Below, in pieces: positions 27,688 through 36,773 of a DNA stretch of 64,000 nucleotides; position 1 is the stretch's first letter, and each line of letters starts with the position of its first letter. The notes beneath the pieces are model-generated. The model ran no database searches, was not told where the DNA came from, and saw only the letters and a program-made list of their open reading frames with translations. Source of the stretch: an uncultured Candidatus Saccharibacteria bacterium (GTDB lineage Bacteria > Patescibacteriota > Minisyncoccia > Phycocordibacterales > Phycocordibacteraceae); NCBI GenBank assembly GCA_964446735.1, contig CAYUQB010000001.1, positions 27,892-91,891 of the forward strand. The letters run 5' to 3'. The translations under genes and the position numbers were made by a program.

Positions 27688-28044
27688 TCATGACCAGATT
27701 CTCCCACTATTCGCGTTTGTGCCGTTTGCAACGGCGATGAGCAGCGAGCTGTGCGGATCCAGTGGCAGGCGCAGCTTTTCGGGGTCATAGAAGACCCACA
27801 CCGGTGCCTCCAGCGCGTCGGCCACCTGTTGGAGCCGAGCGGCGTAGACACGGTTTGCGGCGCACTCCCACTTTTGCACTTGCTGCGAGCGCACACCGAC
27901 ACGCGCGCCGAGTTCGATTTGCGACATCCCTCTCCAGCGCCTGATGCGCCGGATACGAATGCCGATCGCCACGTCGTCGTGGGTGATGGACCTCTTACTC
28001 TCCGAAACCGCTACGTGCGGCGCGACCAAAGCGGTCATGGACAT
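27688..28044 (-). CDS. XRE-family helix-turn-helix transcriptional regulator
   Basis: HTH_XRE signature IRIRRIRRWRGMSQIELGARVGVRSQQVQKWE; GC-rich relative to flanking genes. Confidence 0.6.
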   Translation of the reverse strand: MSMTALVAPHVAVSESKRSITHDDVAIGIRIRRIRRWRGMSQIELGARVGVRSQQVQKWECAANRVYAARLQQVADALEAPVWVFYDPEKLRLPLDPHSSLLIAVANGTNANSGRIWS

Positions 28045-28114
28045 GGCTAAACCCTTCCCTCAAACAAGCCAGTCCGTACTGTAAAACAAAAGTACGTGAA
28101 GGTCAAATGAAGTC

Positions 28115-29359
28115 CTACTTCACCTGCTTCACCACTGACCACATCCCTGGGTCTGATCCCCCATCCATCTTGAATACGGCAACGCCGCGGACGCCGAGTT
28201 TCTTGGCAAGTGCCACCTTGTCCCCTATTGCTTTCGCATCACTCCACCAGAGCATATAAAACGGTGACTGCTTTGATTCAGCTTTTGCGATTTGAAGTGC
28301 ACCGATCGCCGCCAGCAGACTCGAAGGAGTTCCTGCGGGAGCTCGTGCGGCAAGCTGGCTTTGAGTCGGGAGCCCCACATTTGAAAGTGATTTAGGGACA
28401 TACGTAAAGGAAAGTTCGCCAGCCGCATTTCTTGCAGGTGTTATGCCAAGAGAAGTAGCAAGATCAGTTGCGTACTTGGGATTGAATGCCTCGAGGAGGT
28501 CGTAGCGATATCCAGAGCCATCTGAATACGGCATGACCTGATAGATATAGCCATAGGTCGCAATACCAATCATTATTTTTGATTTGCTGATGTCCTTAGC
28601 AGTAAAGTTCACTACTTTCTCTACCCATTTGGGATCTGCGACAGGAGAATAGAGTCCTTTACTATTTGCTGCGTTTAGCTTGATATCTGCCGACTGCTGA
28701 TCATAGGTCATCAACTTCACCCGATCGCAGTACTTATTGATTGCCTTGTAGTCATTGGCATATTCAAGATCCTTGGGAATGGTCTTGTAGAGCGAGTCCG
28801 GAGGAGTACGCGCCTCAATAGTACACATCACCCACTTGTCGCCCATCTTGGTGTAGAGCTCCTTGAGGAAGGCGGAGTAATTATCACGATCCTCCGCACG
28901 CTTCCCTTCGTAGTCGATATCGACGCCGTCAAAGTTGTTTTCCTTCACCATCTTCACGATGGCGCTCACATGCCGCGCCCGTTTCTTTTTGTCGCCGAGC
29001 ACGTCAGCGATTGCCTGCGTGTCACTCCACATCACGGTGGGAATAACACGAACTTTCTTCGCTTTTGCTTCTTGTATGAATGTGTCCCAATTCCCCTTCT
29101 CGATCCCAGCCGCATCGTACAAGCTTCCGTCCTTTTTTACGGTATAGCCAAATGGATTCACTTCAGTCATTTGTGACAAACGCGGAAGCACATCTGCAGT
29201 ACCGGTAGCAACTCGCCAATATGGTATCCATCCGGACACTTCAAATTTTGCTGTTGCTGCATGTGCCGTACCCGGCATCACGTTAAAAAGCATGGCTGCG
29301 AGCGCAAAGATAAGTGCGAGCTCGACGAGTATGAGAAATTGACGGGGGTACAAGTGCAT
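28115..29359 (-). CDS. glycoside hydrolase family 18 (chitinase-like / peptidoglycan hydrolase)
   Basis: Signal/TM N-terminus; GH18 catalytic DxxDxDxE motif (FDGVDIDYEGK) and SGWIPYW beta-strand; 414 aa. Confidence 0.75.
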   Translation of the reverse strand: MHLYPRQFLILVELALIFALAAMLFNVMPGTAHAATAKFEVSGWIPYWRVATGTADVLPRLSQMTEVNPFGYTVKKDGSLYDAAGIEKGNWDTFIQEAKAKKVRVIPTVMWSDTQAIADVLGDKKKRARHVSAIVKMVKENNFDGVDIDYEGKRAEDRDNYSAFLKELYTKMGDKWVMCTIEARTPPDSLYKTIPKDLEYANDYKAINKYCDRVKLMTYDQQSADIKLNAANSKGLYSPVADPKWVEKVVNFTAKDISKSKIMIGIATYGYIYQVMPYSDGSGYRYDLLEAFNPKYATDLATSLGITPARNAAGELSFTYVPKSLSNVGLPTQSQLAARAPAGTPSSLLAAIGALQIAKAESKQSPFYMLWWSDAKAIGDKVALAKKLGVRGVAVFKMDGGSDPGMWSVVKQVK

Positions 29360-29457
29360 GACGTATCGTTAGTATAACAAAAGGACGGATACAGGCCGGA
29401 AGTAGATCTTACTTCCGGCCTGTATGTAGACGCCGCAGAAAGCGGAATCTTTCTTAC

Positions 29458-30132
29458 TTATTTATTCAGAGCGAGTTCTCGACTCGTATAGAGTCGTTCG
29501 AGCTCTTCTTGGGTATCTGGAATGCGTGAGAGCGGGATATGTCCAATCACTTCCACTGTCACGCCACGGCATACTCCAAGCGCAATACCTGGATTATGGG
29601 TCTTACCCGCAACCTTCACCGTGTCAGTGGCGTCGAGTTCGACGTCGATACGCTTCTCCCAACGGGAGTGCATGGAGTCCGCTATGACTCGATAGCCAAT
29701 TAGGTGTTCAACCTTACCGAAGTTACAACTCGGAGAGTCCTTTGCGGTACGTGTGATCTTCACGACGGTACCGAACGGAAGTTCATCCGCAAGGTCGGCT
29801 GAGCGAGCAGCGATGACCTCGTGGTTCGAGGGCAGGCCACTTGCCGTCGTCGACGGATCACCGTCCGTTTGTTCCGGGACGGCATTGTACGCGGTCAGAG
29901 TGACTTCGTAGGAGGCGGTGGCGGACTCTTGGCGAGTCGCCACCTTCCTAGGGGAAGGTTCTTCCTGCGCGGGACCTGCGCTCGGCGTCGTGGAAGCTAC
30001 CACGTGCGCCGGTGCGCTGTTCCCTGGCAAAAAAAGAATCCCCATTACTAGGGCTGTTGCGATGAGGTTCATAGCGGAAGCCGAAAAACGGCCTCGTTGG
30101 GCCATACTAGCAGATATAGCTTCTTTTGTCAA
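29458..30132 (-). CDS. 3D-domain protein (MltA/YuiC-like cell-wall-binding/lytic)
   Basis: Signal peptide; LTAYNAVPEQTDGDPSTTASG ... VIAARSADLADELPFGTVVKI matches 3D-domain conserved Asp positions. Confidence 0.6.
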   Translation of the reverse strand: MTKEAISASMAQRGRFSASAMNLIATALVMGILFLPGNSAPAHVVASTTPSAGPAQEEPSPRKVATRQESATASYEVTLTAYNAVPEQTDGDPSTTASGLPSNHEVIAARSADLADELPFGTVVKITRTAKDSPSCNFGKVEHLIGYRVIADSMHSRWEKRIDVELDATDTVKVAGKTHNPGIALGVCRGVTVEVIGHIPLSRIPDTQEELERLYTSRELALNK

Positions 30133-30205
30133 CCCCTCCGGAGGACTGGTGGGCTAAGTACAAGTGGCCTTTTTTGAGAATTGCAAGTCTAGAAAAAGCT
30201 CAGAT

Positions 30206-30227
30206 ATATGGCTTTATAAAGCCATAT
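30206..30227. promoter_or_regulatory. perfect 22-bp palindrome ATATGGCTTTATAAAGCCATAT (candidate operator)
   Basis: Read directly; a third half-site ATATGGCC lies 20 nt downstream (about 30248); it sits in the intergenic region between the CAP and 3D genes, upstream of the 3D-GH18-XRE operon. Confidence 0.4.
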
Positions 30228-30261
30228 TCTCGACAAACAGGCCAGAATATGGCCTTGCCTC

Positions 30262-30462
30262 TTAGCCCGGAATCACCCCCTGAACGGTGGCGATAAACGC
30301 TCGTGTCCAATCGACGAGAATATGCCACCCGGTCTTCACCAAGTGCCACACGAAGGTGAAATTGTCTTGTCCCGTCGGAGATTCGACAATGCCTCGGATA
30401 GAGATACCGAAGAAGGACAGGGCGAGTATAAGAATGGCGAGAATGATGATGAAGCGGACCAT
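30262..30462 (-). CDS. hypothetical small membrane protein (probably leaderless)
   Basis: 66 aa, hydrophobic N-terminus; GGTATAATCGTTCAT immediately precedes the ATG (a -10 box 5 nt from the start), the same motif as at 25293. Confidence 0.35.
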   Translation of the reverse strand: MVRFIIILAILILALSFFGISIRGIVESPTGQDNFTFVWHLVKTGWHILVDWTRAFIATVQGVIPG

Positions 30463-30477
30463 ATGAACGATTATACC

Positions 30478-31464
30478 CTAGCTCCCCACACTTGTTACGG
30501 CTGCTTCGGAGAGTGTGGGGGTGGTGAATATGAGGTGATCAGCAGTCGTAAAAAGCGTCCCCATGAGTGCAATCAGGCAGAGTGCAACTGCCACGTGACG
30601 CAGGTGTCGGCGCTTCCATTCAAGGCCAGTCTGAATTAAAAGCGCAGCGAGTATAAGGAAGCCAAATAGATAATATGAATACTGAAGTGTCGATCGCGGA
30701 GAAGCGGCAAGGGCATTCCATAGGCGCATACTGCCAGTCGGTTCTGCTACCGGGACGATGGTCGGTGCAGCCTCTTTACTAACCGTAGGTTCAGCAGGCA
30801 GCTCCTGAACCAGTACTTCTTCGGGTGCAGCCTCTTCGCTTGCACCAAGTACTGCAGGAGTTTCTACCAATGCCTGCTTTGTAGCGGGTGTTGTCGCTTT
30901 TGGCGGCGGTGCGGTCGAAGTTGTTGAGGGATTGGGAGTCCCAAACACTTGCACGACGAAGGTGGTCTTCTCACCTTTATACATACCTACGGCTGTAGCA
31001 ATCCCGACTTCCGTGAATTTACCGTTCAGAAGGTTCGCACGATGCGTTGGCGACTTCATCCATGCAGCCTCAACTGCTGCTGAGTCACTGAAGTTAACCG
31101 CCAGATTCTCCCCGGCATAGGTATAGACGTATCCACCTTGTTTGAGCCAGTACCATGGCGTCTTACCGTCCGGTGAGGTATGCGCGAAGTACCCATTCTG
31201 TGCCATGTCATTTGCTTTGGCTTGAGCAATCGCGGTGAGCTTTGGATTTACGGTCAACTTCCCCACCCCGTTACGGGTGCGATCAGTATTGGTAAGCTCG
31301 GTAAGCACCGAAGTGACCACGGCAGCTTGCTGGCCGTTTTGTATGAGTGAGGCGTCGAGGGTTGAAGCGATAAACACGAGGATGATGACCGCTCCAGCAC
31401 CAAGTGCGGCGAATTCCCCCGCGAGCAGAAGAGAATAATCCCGAGCCGTGAGCTTGCGCTTCAT
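30478..31464 (-). CDS. CAP/SCP/PR-1 domain protein (YkwD-like), membrane-anchored
   Basis: Start MKRKLTARDYS; TM helix; CAP signature AQAKANDMAQNGYFAHTSPDGKTPWYW ... YAGENLA; Thr/Pro-rich linker. Confidence 0.7.
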   Translation of the reverse strand: MKRKLTARDYSLLLAGEFAALGAGAVIILVFIASTLDASLIQNGQQAAVVTSVLTELTNTDRTRNGVGKLTVNPKLTAIAQAKANDMAQNGYFAHTSPDGKTPWYWLKQGGYVYTYAGENLAVNFSDSAAVEAAWMKSPTHRANLLNGKFTEVGIATAVGMYKGEKTTFVVQVFGTPNPSTTSTAPPPKATTPATKQALVETPAVLGASEEAAPEEVLVQELPAEPTVSKEAAPTIVPVAEPTGSMRLWNALAASPRSTLQYSYYLFGFLILAALLIQTGLEWKRRHLRHVAVALCLIALMGTLFTTADHLIFTTPTLSEAAVTSVGS

Positions 31465-31517
31465 TGTACCTTCATCCGTGCGGTGTCGCCACCTTCCCTT
31501 TCGGATATACTCCCAGT

Positions 31518-32165
31518 ATGCCACGACCTGAAATACATCCGGCACTTACGCACTTCAAACGCGTCGATCCCATTCTCCACGGGCATGCAAAGCGTCATGC
31601 TCCTGCCATTCTTAACGCAAAAGGCCATCGACGGGGCTATACAAAGCTCTTTGCAACGCTTGCTGGCTCCATTGTCTCCCAGCAGCTCTCCACCAAAGCT
31701 GCCGATACCATCTGGGGACGCCTCCAGAACGCGTGCGGTGGTGAGGTGACGCCAGAAGCAATCAAAAAGCTCCGCCTCCCTACCATGCGTAAAGCAGGGC
31801 TTTCGGCCGCAAAGGCAAAATCCCTCAAGGAACTTGCTAAAGCCATTGAATCCGGTTCAGTCGACTTCAAGCGTCTTGCTCGCCTCCCAGAAGAAGAAGC
31901 AATCGCTGAACTTACCCGCGTGTGGGGTATCGGTAGATGGACAGCGGAAATGTTTCTGATGTTCGCACTCAATCGCGAGGATATCTTCTCACCCGGCGAC
32001 CTTGGTCTCCTGCGTGCGATGGAAGAACTCTATGGCATTCCGAAGAATAGTGAGCGGCAGGTATATATCCAAATAGCGGAACGGTGGGCACCACATCGCA
32101 CCTTCGCGTGCCGTGTACTTTGGCGCGTCAGAGATGTACCCAGCCCTCAGGTACTTACCGACTAA
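31518..32165 (+). CDS. alkA: DNA-3-methyladenine glycosylase II (HhH-GPD family, AlkA-like)
   Basis: HhH-GPD: LTRVWGIGRWTAEMFLMFAL...PGDLGLLRAM (catalytic Asp); likely ATG at 31518 with TATACT 6 nt upstream (leaderless); the listed ORF starts at a TTG at 31464. Confidence 0.75.
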   Translation: MPRPEIHPALTHFKRVDPILHGHAKRHAPAILNAKGHRRGYTKLFATLAGSIVSQQLSTKAADTIWGRLQNACGGEVTPEAIKKLRLPTMRKAGLSAAKAKSLKELAKAIESGSVDFKRLARLPEEEAIAELTRVWGIGRWTAEMFLMFALNREDIFSPGDLGLLRAMEELYGIPKNSERQVYIQIAERWAPHRTFACRVLWRVRDVPSPQVLTD

Positions 32166-32626
32166 CTCTCCCGTCCGGACGCGATCCGCATGTATTTGTA
32201 GAGCCAATAGAAACTCACGAGATACAGCAGACTCTCAAGCCCAATATCGGCATATCCGTAGGTGTCAGGATCGAGCGCACCAACTAATGTGGCTATAAGG
32301 AATAGTACGAATCCAATAACCAATACGAGAATCGCAATCGGAGTGTTGAGTGAAATAAAGCGATACCAGTATCGTTTTCCGTCCCCTTGCCGGTTCGCAT
32401 AATAGGCGATCACAAATGATGCGATCGTCGTTAGTGCGATCAGAGTCTTGTCCACAATTTCAACTGTTGAATCAGCGTATGTGTACGCATCCCAAAACCC
32501 AGTCAAGAGAGCAACGGCGGAACCGAGACCAAGCAAGAATAGAGCAATATACGCAATGAATTCTGCTTTTCCGATCTTGTCTGCCCGTAGATCCCGAGCC
32601 ATTCTCCCTGGATGAAGTAAGCGCAT
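32162..32626 (-). CDS. hypothetical integral membrane protein
   Basis: 154 aa, 4 predicted TM helices; no SD at the first ATG. Confidence 0.35.
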   Translation of the reverse strand: MRLLHPGRMARDLRADKIGKAEFIAYIALFLLGLGSAVALLTGFWDAYTYADSTVEIVDKTLIALTTIASFVIAYYANRQGDGKRYWYRFISLNTPIAILVLVIGFVLFLIATLVGALDPDTYGYADIGLESLLYLVSFYWLYKYMRIASGRES

Positions 32627-32719
32627 GATAGCGGTCGGTTATGAATACTTCTATACTACAACGTATAAAAAGACTCGCCCCGGGACACAGGGCGAGCAAG
32701 GGGAAAGTCGGTTCTCATC

Positions 32720-33403
32720 TTATAGCTCGATACCGACGAGCGCGGCCAGGCTTTTCGCCCGTACCGCAAGCGGGACTTCGGGAACCACACAGGCGCGGAT
32801 GCCCCAGCGGTAGCCGGTAAGCCAGGCGTCGATCTTGCGGTAGCCCATGCCGAGGCTCCGATACACGCGGGCCCGGTGCCTCGGGTCTGCGACCTGGTGG
32901 GCCTTGTGGGAGCACCGCCGCAGGATGTCGAGAGCGCCCAATCGGTTCCCGTCCTCCAGATAGAACGATGCCGACGTGAGGGCGAGCAGGTATGGCGTGT
33001 GGTGCGTCTCGTCCTGCACCAGTCCCGTTCCCGCTTTGATGAGCTCCTGTGCGAGCGTTCGGGCTTCTAGCCGTGCCGTCTGCCACAGTGTGCGCCGTCT
33101 GCTGAGCCAGGCGAGATGGGATGCGAGTGTCTCAGCCCGATTGGCGATTTCAAGCGAGGACTGCACCTCAGGGTCTCCTCCGGGCACGAGGAACTTCTTC
33201 GCATAGCCCACCAGTTCAGGCCGCAGGTCGTCCAGCTCCCGCGCGAACTTCTTGATGTAGCGGAAGCTATAGAGAGCGACCGCAAGCGTGATCAAGTTCT
33301 CGGTGCTCGGCTGAAGCTGGTACGCGCTACGCGCTGTGGCGACCGCGTGTGGGTCTCCTCCCCAGGTACGCTCACTATCAGTTGGAACCTGTCTCCATTT
33401 CAC
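32720..33403 (-). CDS. hypothetical helical protein (GC-rich)
   Basis: 227 aa, all-alpha/TPR-like composition; about 62% GC; no recognisable motif. Confidence 0.4.
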   Translation of the reverse strand: MKWRQVPTDSERTWGGDPHAVATARSAYQLQPSTENLITLAVALYSFRYIKKFARELDDLRPELVGYAKKFLVPGGDPEVQSSLEIANRAETLASHLAWLSRRRTLWQTARLEARTLAQELIKAGTGLVQDETHHTPYLLALTSASFYLEDGNRLGALDILRRCSHKAHQVADPRHRARVYRSLGMGYRKIDAWLTGYRWGIRACVVPEVPLAVRAKSLAALVGIEL

Positions 33404-33509
33404 GGCTCAATCTCCATCGGTTGATCCGATCCGAAGGCACAATGCCACAAATTGTTAGGAGTGTACATGATTGCAAGATCTTCATTATTTCAAGCGCTAT
33501 ACTTTTTGC

Positions 33510-34040
33510 ATGCAATCAAAACTTCTCATTGGCGTGCTGGGTATCGCTGTACTAGGAATGTTGGCGTTCATTGTATGGAAGCTCCCGGGGTACCTTCAAG
33601 AAAATGCAGAGATGGTAACTCCGGGAATCACTAATACGAATACGCCAGCGGCAGTATCCGGTAAAACATATACGGATCCGCTGAGCCGTATGCGATTCAC
33701 GTATCCAGAAGGCTCTACCGTTACGCACGAAGCTGGATGGCGGGATGAATACTTTGATCTTGTGATCGCTGGACCGGGGACGCGCGCCGAGATTCATGCA
33801 GAGCATACTGGTGGATCACTCCCGCAGTGTTTCCTCGGGCTTTGTGATGCAAACGGAACAAGAGAGAAATATGGGAGCAACGAATGGGTACACCTTGGAA
33901 AGCCATTGGTGTGTGCTGCCGATCGCTGCCCGCAAAACCAGGAAGTGTACCGAGCTTCGGTGCTCAGTTGGACGTACTACGCCATTTTCCCAACCGAGCA
34001 AGAAGCTCGAACTATTCTTTCTACCCTCCAGTTCCTCTAG
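33510..34040 (+). CDS. secreted hypothetical protein
   Basis: Start MQSKLLIGVLGIAVLGMLAFIVW (signal/TM) with TATACT 6 nt upstream of the ATG (leaderless); four Cys in the mature part. Confidence 0.45.
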   Translation: MQSKLLIGVLGIAVLGMLAFIVWKLPGYLQENAEMVTPGITNTNTPAAVSGKTYTDPLSRMRFTYPEGSTVTHEAGWRDEYFDLVIAGPGTRAEIHAEHTGGSLPQCFLGLCDANGTREKYGSNEWVHLGKPLVCAADRCPQNQEVYRASVLSWTYYAIFPTEQEARTILSTLQFL

Positions 34041-35305
34041 AGGTAAATAAGGGGGTTGAGGTACGCCTGCGGTGGTGCAATCGGAATGGTCACCGTGTAC
34101 CCGCTCTTACACGTGTATTGCTTGAACGTCACATTCTGTGAGCTGTATACCGTAAAGTGGAGGTGCGGCCCCGTTGCATACCCGGTCATACCTGCGTACC
34201 CAATGACCTGACCGGTGGCAACCGATGAACCCTTCGATACACTGATCTGCGAGAGGTGCGCATACAGCGTGGTGAGCCCATTGGCATGCTTGATGAGCAC
34301 CCATTTTCCATACTGACAGTTCTGCACCGCTCCCTGGTTCACTTCTATGACGGTACCAGAGAGCGCTGCCTTTATGGGAGTACCTACCGATGCACCAAAG
34401 TCCACACCATCGTGCGTTCCTGAAGCATACAAACGACCGGAATCAGAGGTGCGCCCGAACTGTTGGGTGATGCGCACGGAATCGAGCGGCCAGCGAAGGA
34501 TGCCCTTCCCTGCTGGAGGAACACTCTTGGGATCACCGATGTACTTCAACTTTGAAGAAAGATCGAAGAGTGCCGCCTCAAACGAAGCCTGCTCCGCTCG
34601 CTTCTGATTGATGAGCTTTTGATATTCGCTCTCCTGGTTCTTGGTTTGGGTGAGGAGTCGATTCTTTTCTGCAACGGTCACGTCAACCGCTTTCTTCTGG
34701 GTTCCTAAATCAGTTGTTACCGATACCAACTTCTGCTGAGTCTGAGTAACGGCGTGCTGCTGAGCTGAGAGTTGTTGTTTAACACTTGCGAGTTCTTGAG
34801 TATGATCGCGCAGTGCCTCGTTCAGTGACATGGATGCATCGATGGCACGCCACAATTCACCAACATCCTGCGTTGAGAAGAACTGCTCAACTAGTGTTGC
34901 TTCGTCGGTTGCGGCAAGATCACGAAGCGACTTGGCAATCGTCCGTTTGTTAAGATTGATGGACTGTTCTTTATCAGCGATCTGATACCCCAGCTGCTTC
35001 AGTTCCAATGTGAGTGCTGAAATCTGTCGTTGCAGTGACTGAATCTTCGCCGTGAGTGCCTTGCGCTGTGTGTCGAGCGACTTAATGGAGGTCGTGAGTG
35101 ATGCCTTTTGGGTACCCAGTGCATCAAGCTGTTTCTGATACAGCGCAATCTCCTTCTCCAGATCCGAAATCTTCTTATTATGCTCACTGATCTGCTGTTG
35201 AATCTCACTTGCCGTCTGCGCGCCAGCACGCTCGGCAAACGGAATGGCGACAATCAGCGCGCACGCGAGCAGGAGAACGGGGAGGGCAAATGAACGCGCC
35301 TGCAT
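34037..35305 (-). CDS. M23-family peptidase with N-terminal coiled coil (EnvC/murein hydrolase activator-like)
   Basis: Signal peptide, about 250-aa coiled coil, C-terminal LytM/M23 domain (HxxxD ... GYAGMTGYATGPHLHFTV). Confidence 0.75.
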   Translation of the reverse strand: MQARSFALPVLLLACALIVAIPFAERAGAQTASEIQQQISEHNKKISDLEKEIALYQKQLDALGTQKASLTTSIKSLDTQRKALTAKIQSLQRQISALTLELKQLGYQIADKEQSINLNKRTIAKSLRDLAATDEATLVEQFFSTQDVGELWRAIDASMSLNEALRDHTQELASVKQQLSAQQHAVTQTQQKLVSVTTDLGTQKKAVDVTVAEKNRLLTQTKNQESEYQKLINQKRAEQASFEAALFDLSSKLKYIGDPKSVPPAGKGILRWPLDSVRITQQFGRTSDSGRLYASGTHDGVDFGASVGTPIKAALSGTVIEVNQGAVQNCQYGKWVLIKHANGLTTLYAHLSQISVSKGSSVATGQVIGYAGMTGYATGPHLHFTVYSSQNVTFKQYTCKSGYTVTIPIAPPQAYLNPLIYL

Positions 35306-35346
35306 AGAGCAATTATAGGACAGCAGACGGTTCCCGTGAACCGTAC

Positions 35347-36771
35347 TTACGCAATCAGTTCTAGAGCAATTCGAATGCGAGAAACTGATTCCTCGGTACC
35401 GAGTATATGAATGAGCGTAAAGGGATCCGGGGATCGCTCCTGACCGGAGAGGGCGTAGCGCAACGGCCAGAGCGCTGCTCCCCTCCCCCCCTCATCCTTC
35501 GGGATGGTATCTGCGTACGGCATAAGTGTTTCCTTGATTCCTTCAACGTCTAGACCTGCTGGTAGGCCCTCTACAAGCCTCACAAAGGCCTCCAAATGAG
35601 CCTTGGTGGCTTCTGGCGTACCCTTTTCACTCAGTACCTGCTCGCGAAGCGTTGGCCGCGCAAAAAGACAGGCAAGCTCTCCTTGGAGCATGTCCCTCGC
35701 CTCCTTGAATGTTGCTGCGCGTTCCTTAAGAAGCGGCACGGCAGCCATAAGTCGAGCCATATCCGGAGCCACGAGCCCGCCTGCTTCAATGAACGCTTCA
35801 TCAGAGAGCCGGCGCATCCATTCACGATTGATGTGGAGCAGTTTGCGTTCATCGAACGCTCCCCCACCCTTCTGCACCCGAGACAAATCGAATGAAGAAA
35901 TGAGCTCTTCATCTGAAAGTAGTTCTTGATCGGTTCCCGGATTCCATCCAATGAGTGCAAGGAAGTTGCGTAGTGCTTGTGGGAGATATCCTTCGTCACG
36001 ATATTCGAGTATGTCTTTTGCTCCGTCACGCTTCGATAGTTTCTTGGTGCCATCTGGCCCAAGAATGACTGGCATCGTTGCAAACACGGGGGGAGCGGTA
36101 TCGAGTGCTTCGTAGAGAGAAAGGAACTTGGGGGTTGATGCAATAAACTCCTCTCCACGCATTACGTGGGTGATTCCCATTTCAATATCATCGATGACAT
36201 GCGCAAAGTTGTATGTTGGGAAACCATCGGACTTGATGAGAATGAAGTCATCGAGTGCTTCCTCTCCTGCCGAAAGCTCGCCACGCACCGCATCCGTCCA
36301 GGTGTACCGTTTTATGTCCGGAACTCTGAATCGAAGTGGCTTGGTGCCGTCCCATTCCTCAAGCTGCTCTGGCCTATGCTCTCGATATAGAAACGGACGC
36401 TTCTCAGCTTCTGCGGTGGCTCTGAGTGTCTCTACTTCTTCCTCTGTATAGGGATCAGGATACGCGAGTCCGGCGGCAATCAATTGATCCGCGTATCGTT
36501 TGTAGAGTTCTAGTCTTCCCGACTGGAAATACGGATCATGAGGGCCGCTGATATCTGGACCTTCGTCATATTCGATGCCGAGCCAACGAAGTGACTCAAT
36601 AATGTGTCCCACTGAACCTTCCACCTCGCGCTCCTGATCAGTGTCCTCAATGCGTAGGATGAACTGGCCACCATGCTTTCGCGCAAACAGCCAGGCAAAG
36701 AGCGCGGTGCGTACGCTCCCTACATGCATGAAGCCGGTAGGACTCGGGGCGAAGCGGGTTCTCACAGTCAT
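35347..36771 (-). CDS. gltX: glutamyl-tRNA synthetase
   Basis: RFAPSPTGFMHVGSVRTALF (HIGH-type) and KLSKRDG (KMSKS) motifs. Confidence 0.9.
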   Translation of the reverse strand: MTVRTRFAPSPTGFMHVGSVRTALFAWLFARKHGGQFILRIEDTDQEREVEGSVGHIIESLRWLGIEYDEGPDISGPHDPYFQSGRLELYKRYADQLIAAGLAYPDPYTEEEVETLRATAEAEKRPFLYREHRPEQLEEWDGTKPLRFRVPDIKRYTWTDAVRGELSAGEEALDDFILIKSDGFPTYNFAHVIDDIEMGITHVMRGEEFIASTPKFLSLYEALDTAPPVFATMPVILGPDGTKKLSKRDGAKDILEYRDEGYLPQALRNFLALIGWNPGTDQELLSDEELISSFDLSRVQKGGGAFDERKLLHINREWMRRLSDEAFIEAGGLVAPDMARLMAAVPLLKERAATFKEARDMLQGELACLFARPTLREQVLSEKGTPEATKAHLEAFVRLVEGLPAGLDVEGIKETLMPYADTIPKDEGGRGAALWPLRYALSGQERSPDPFTLIHILGTEESVSRIRIALELIA

Positions 36772-36773
36772 AG

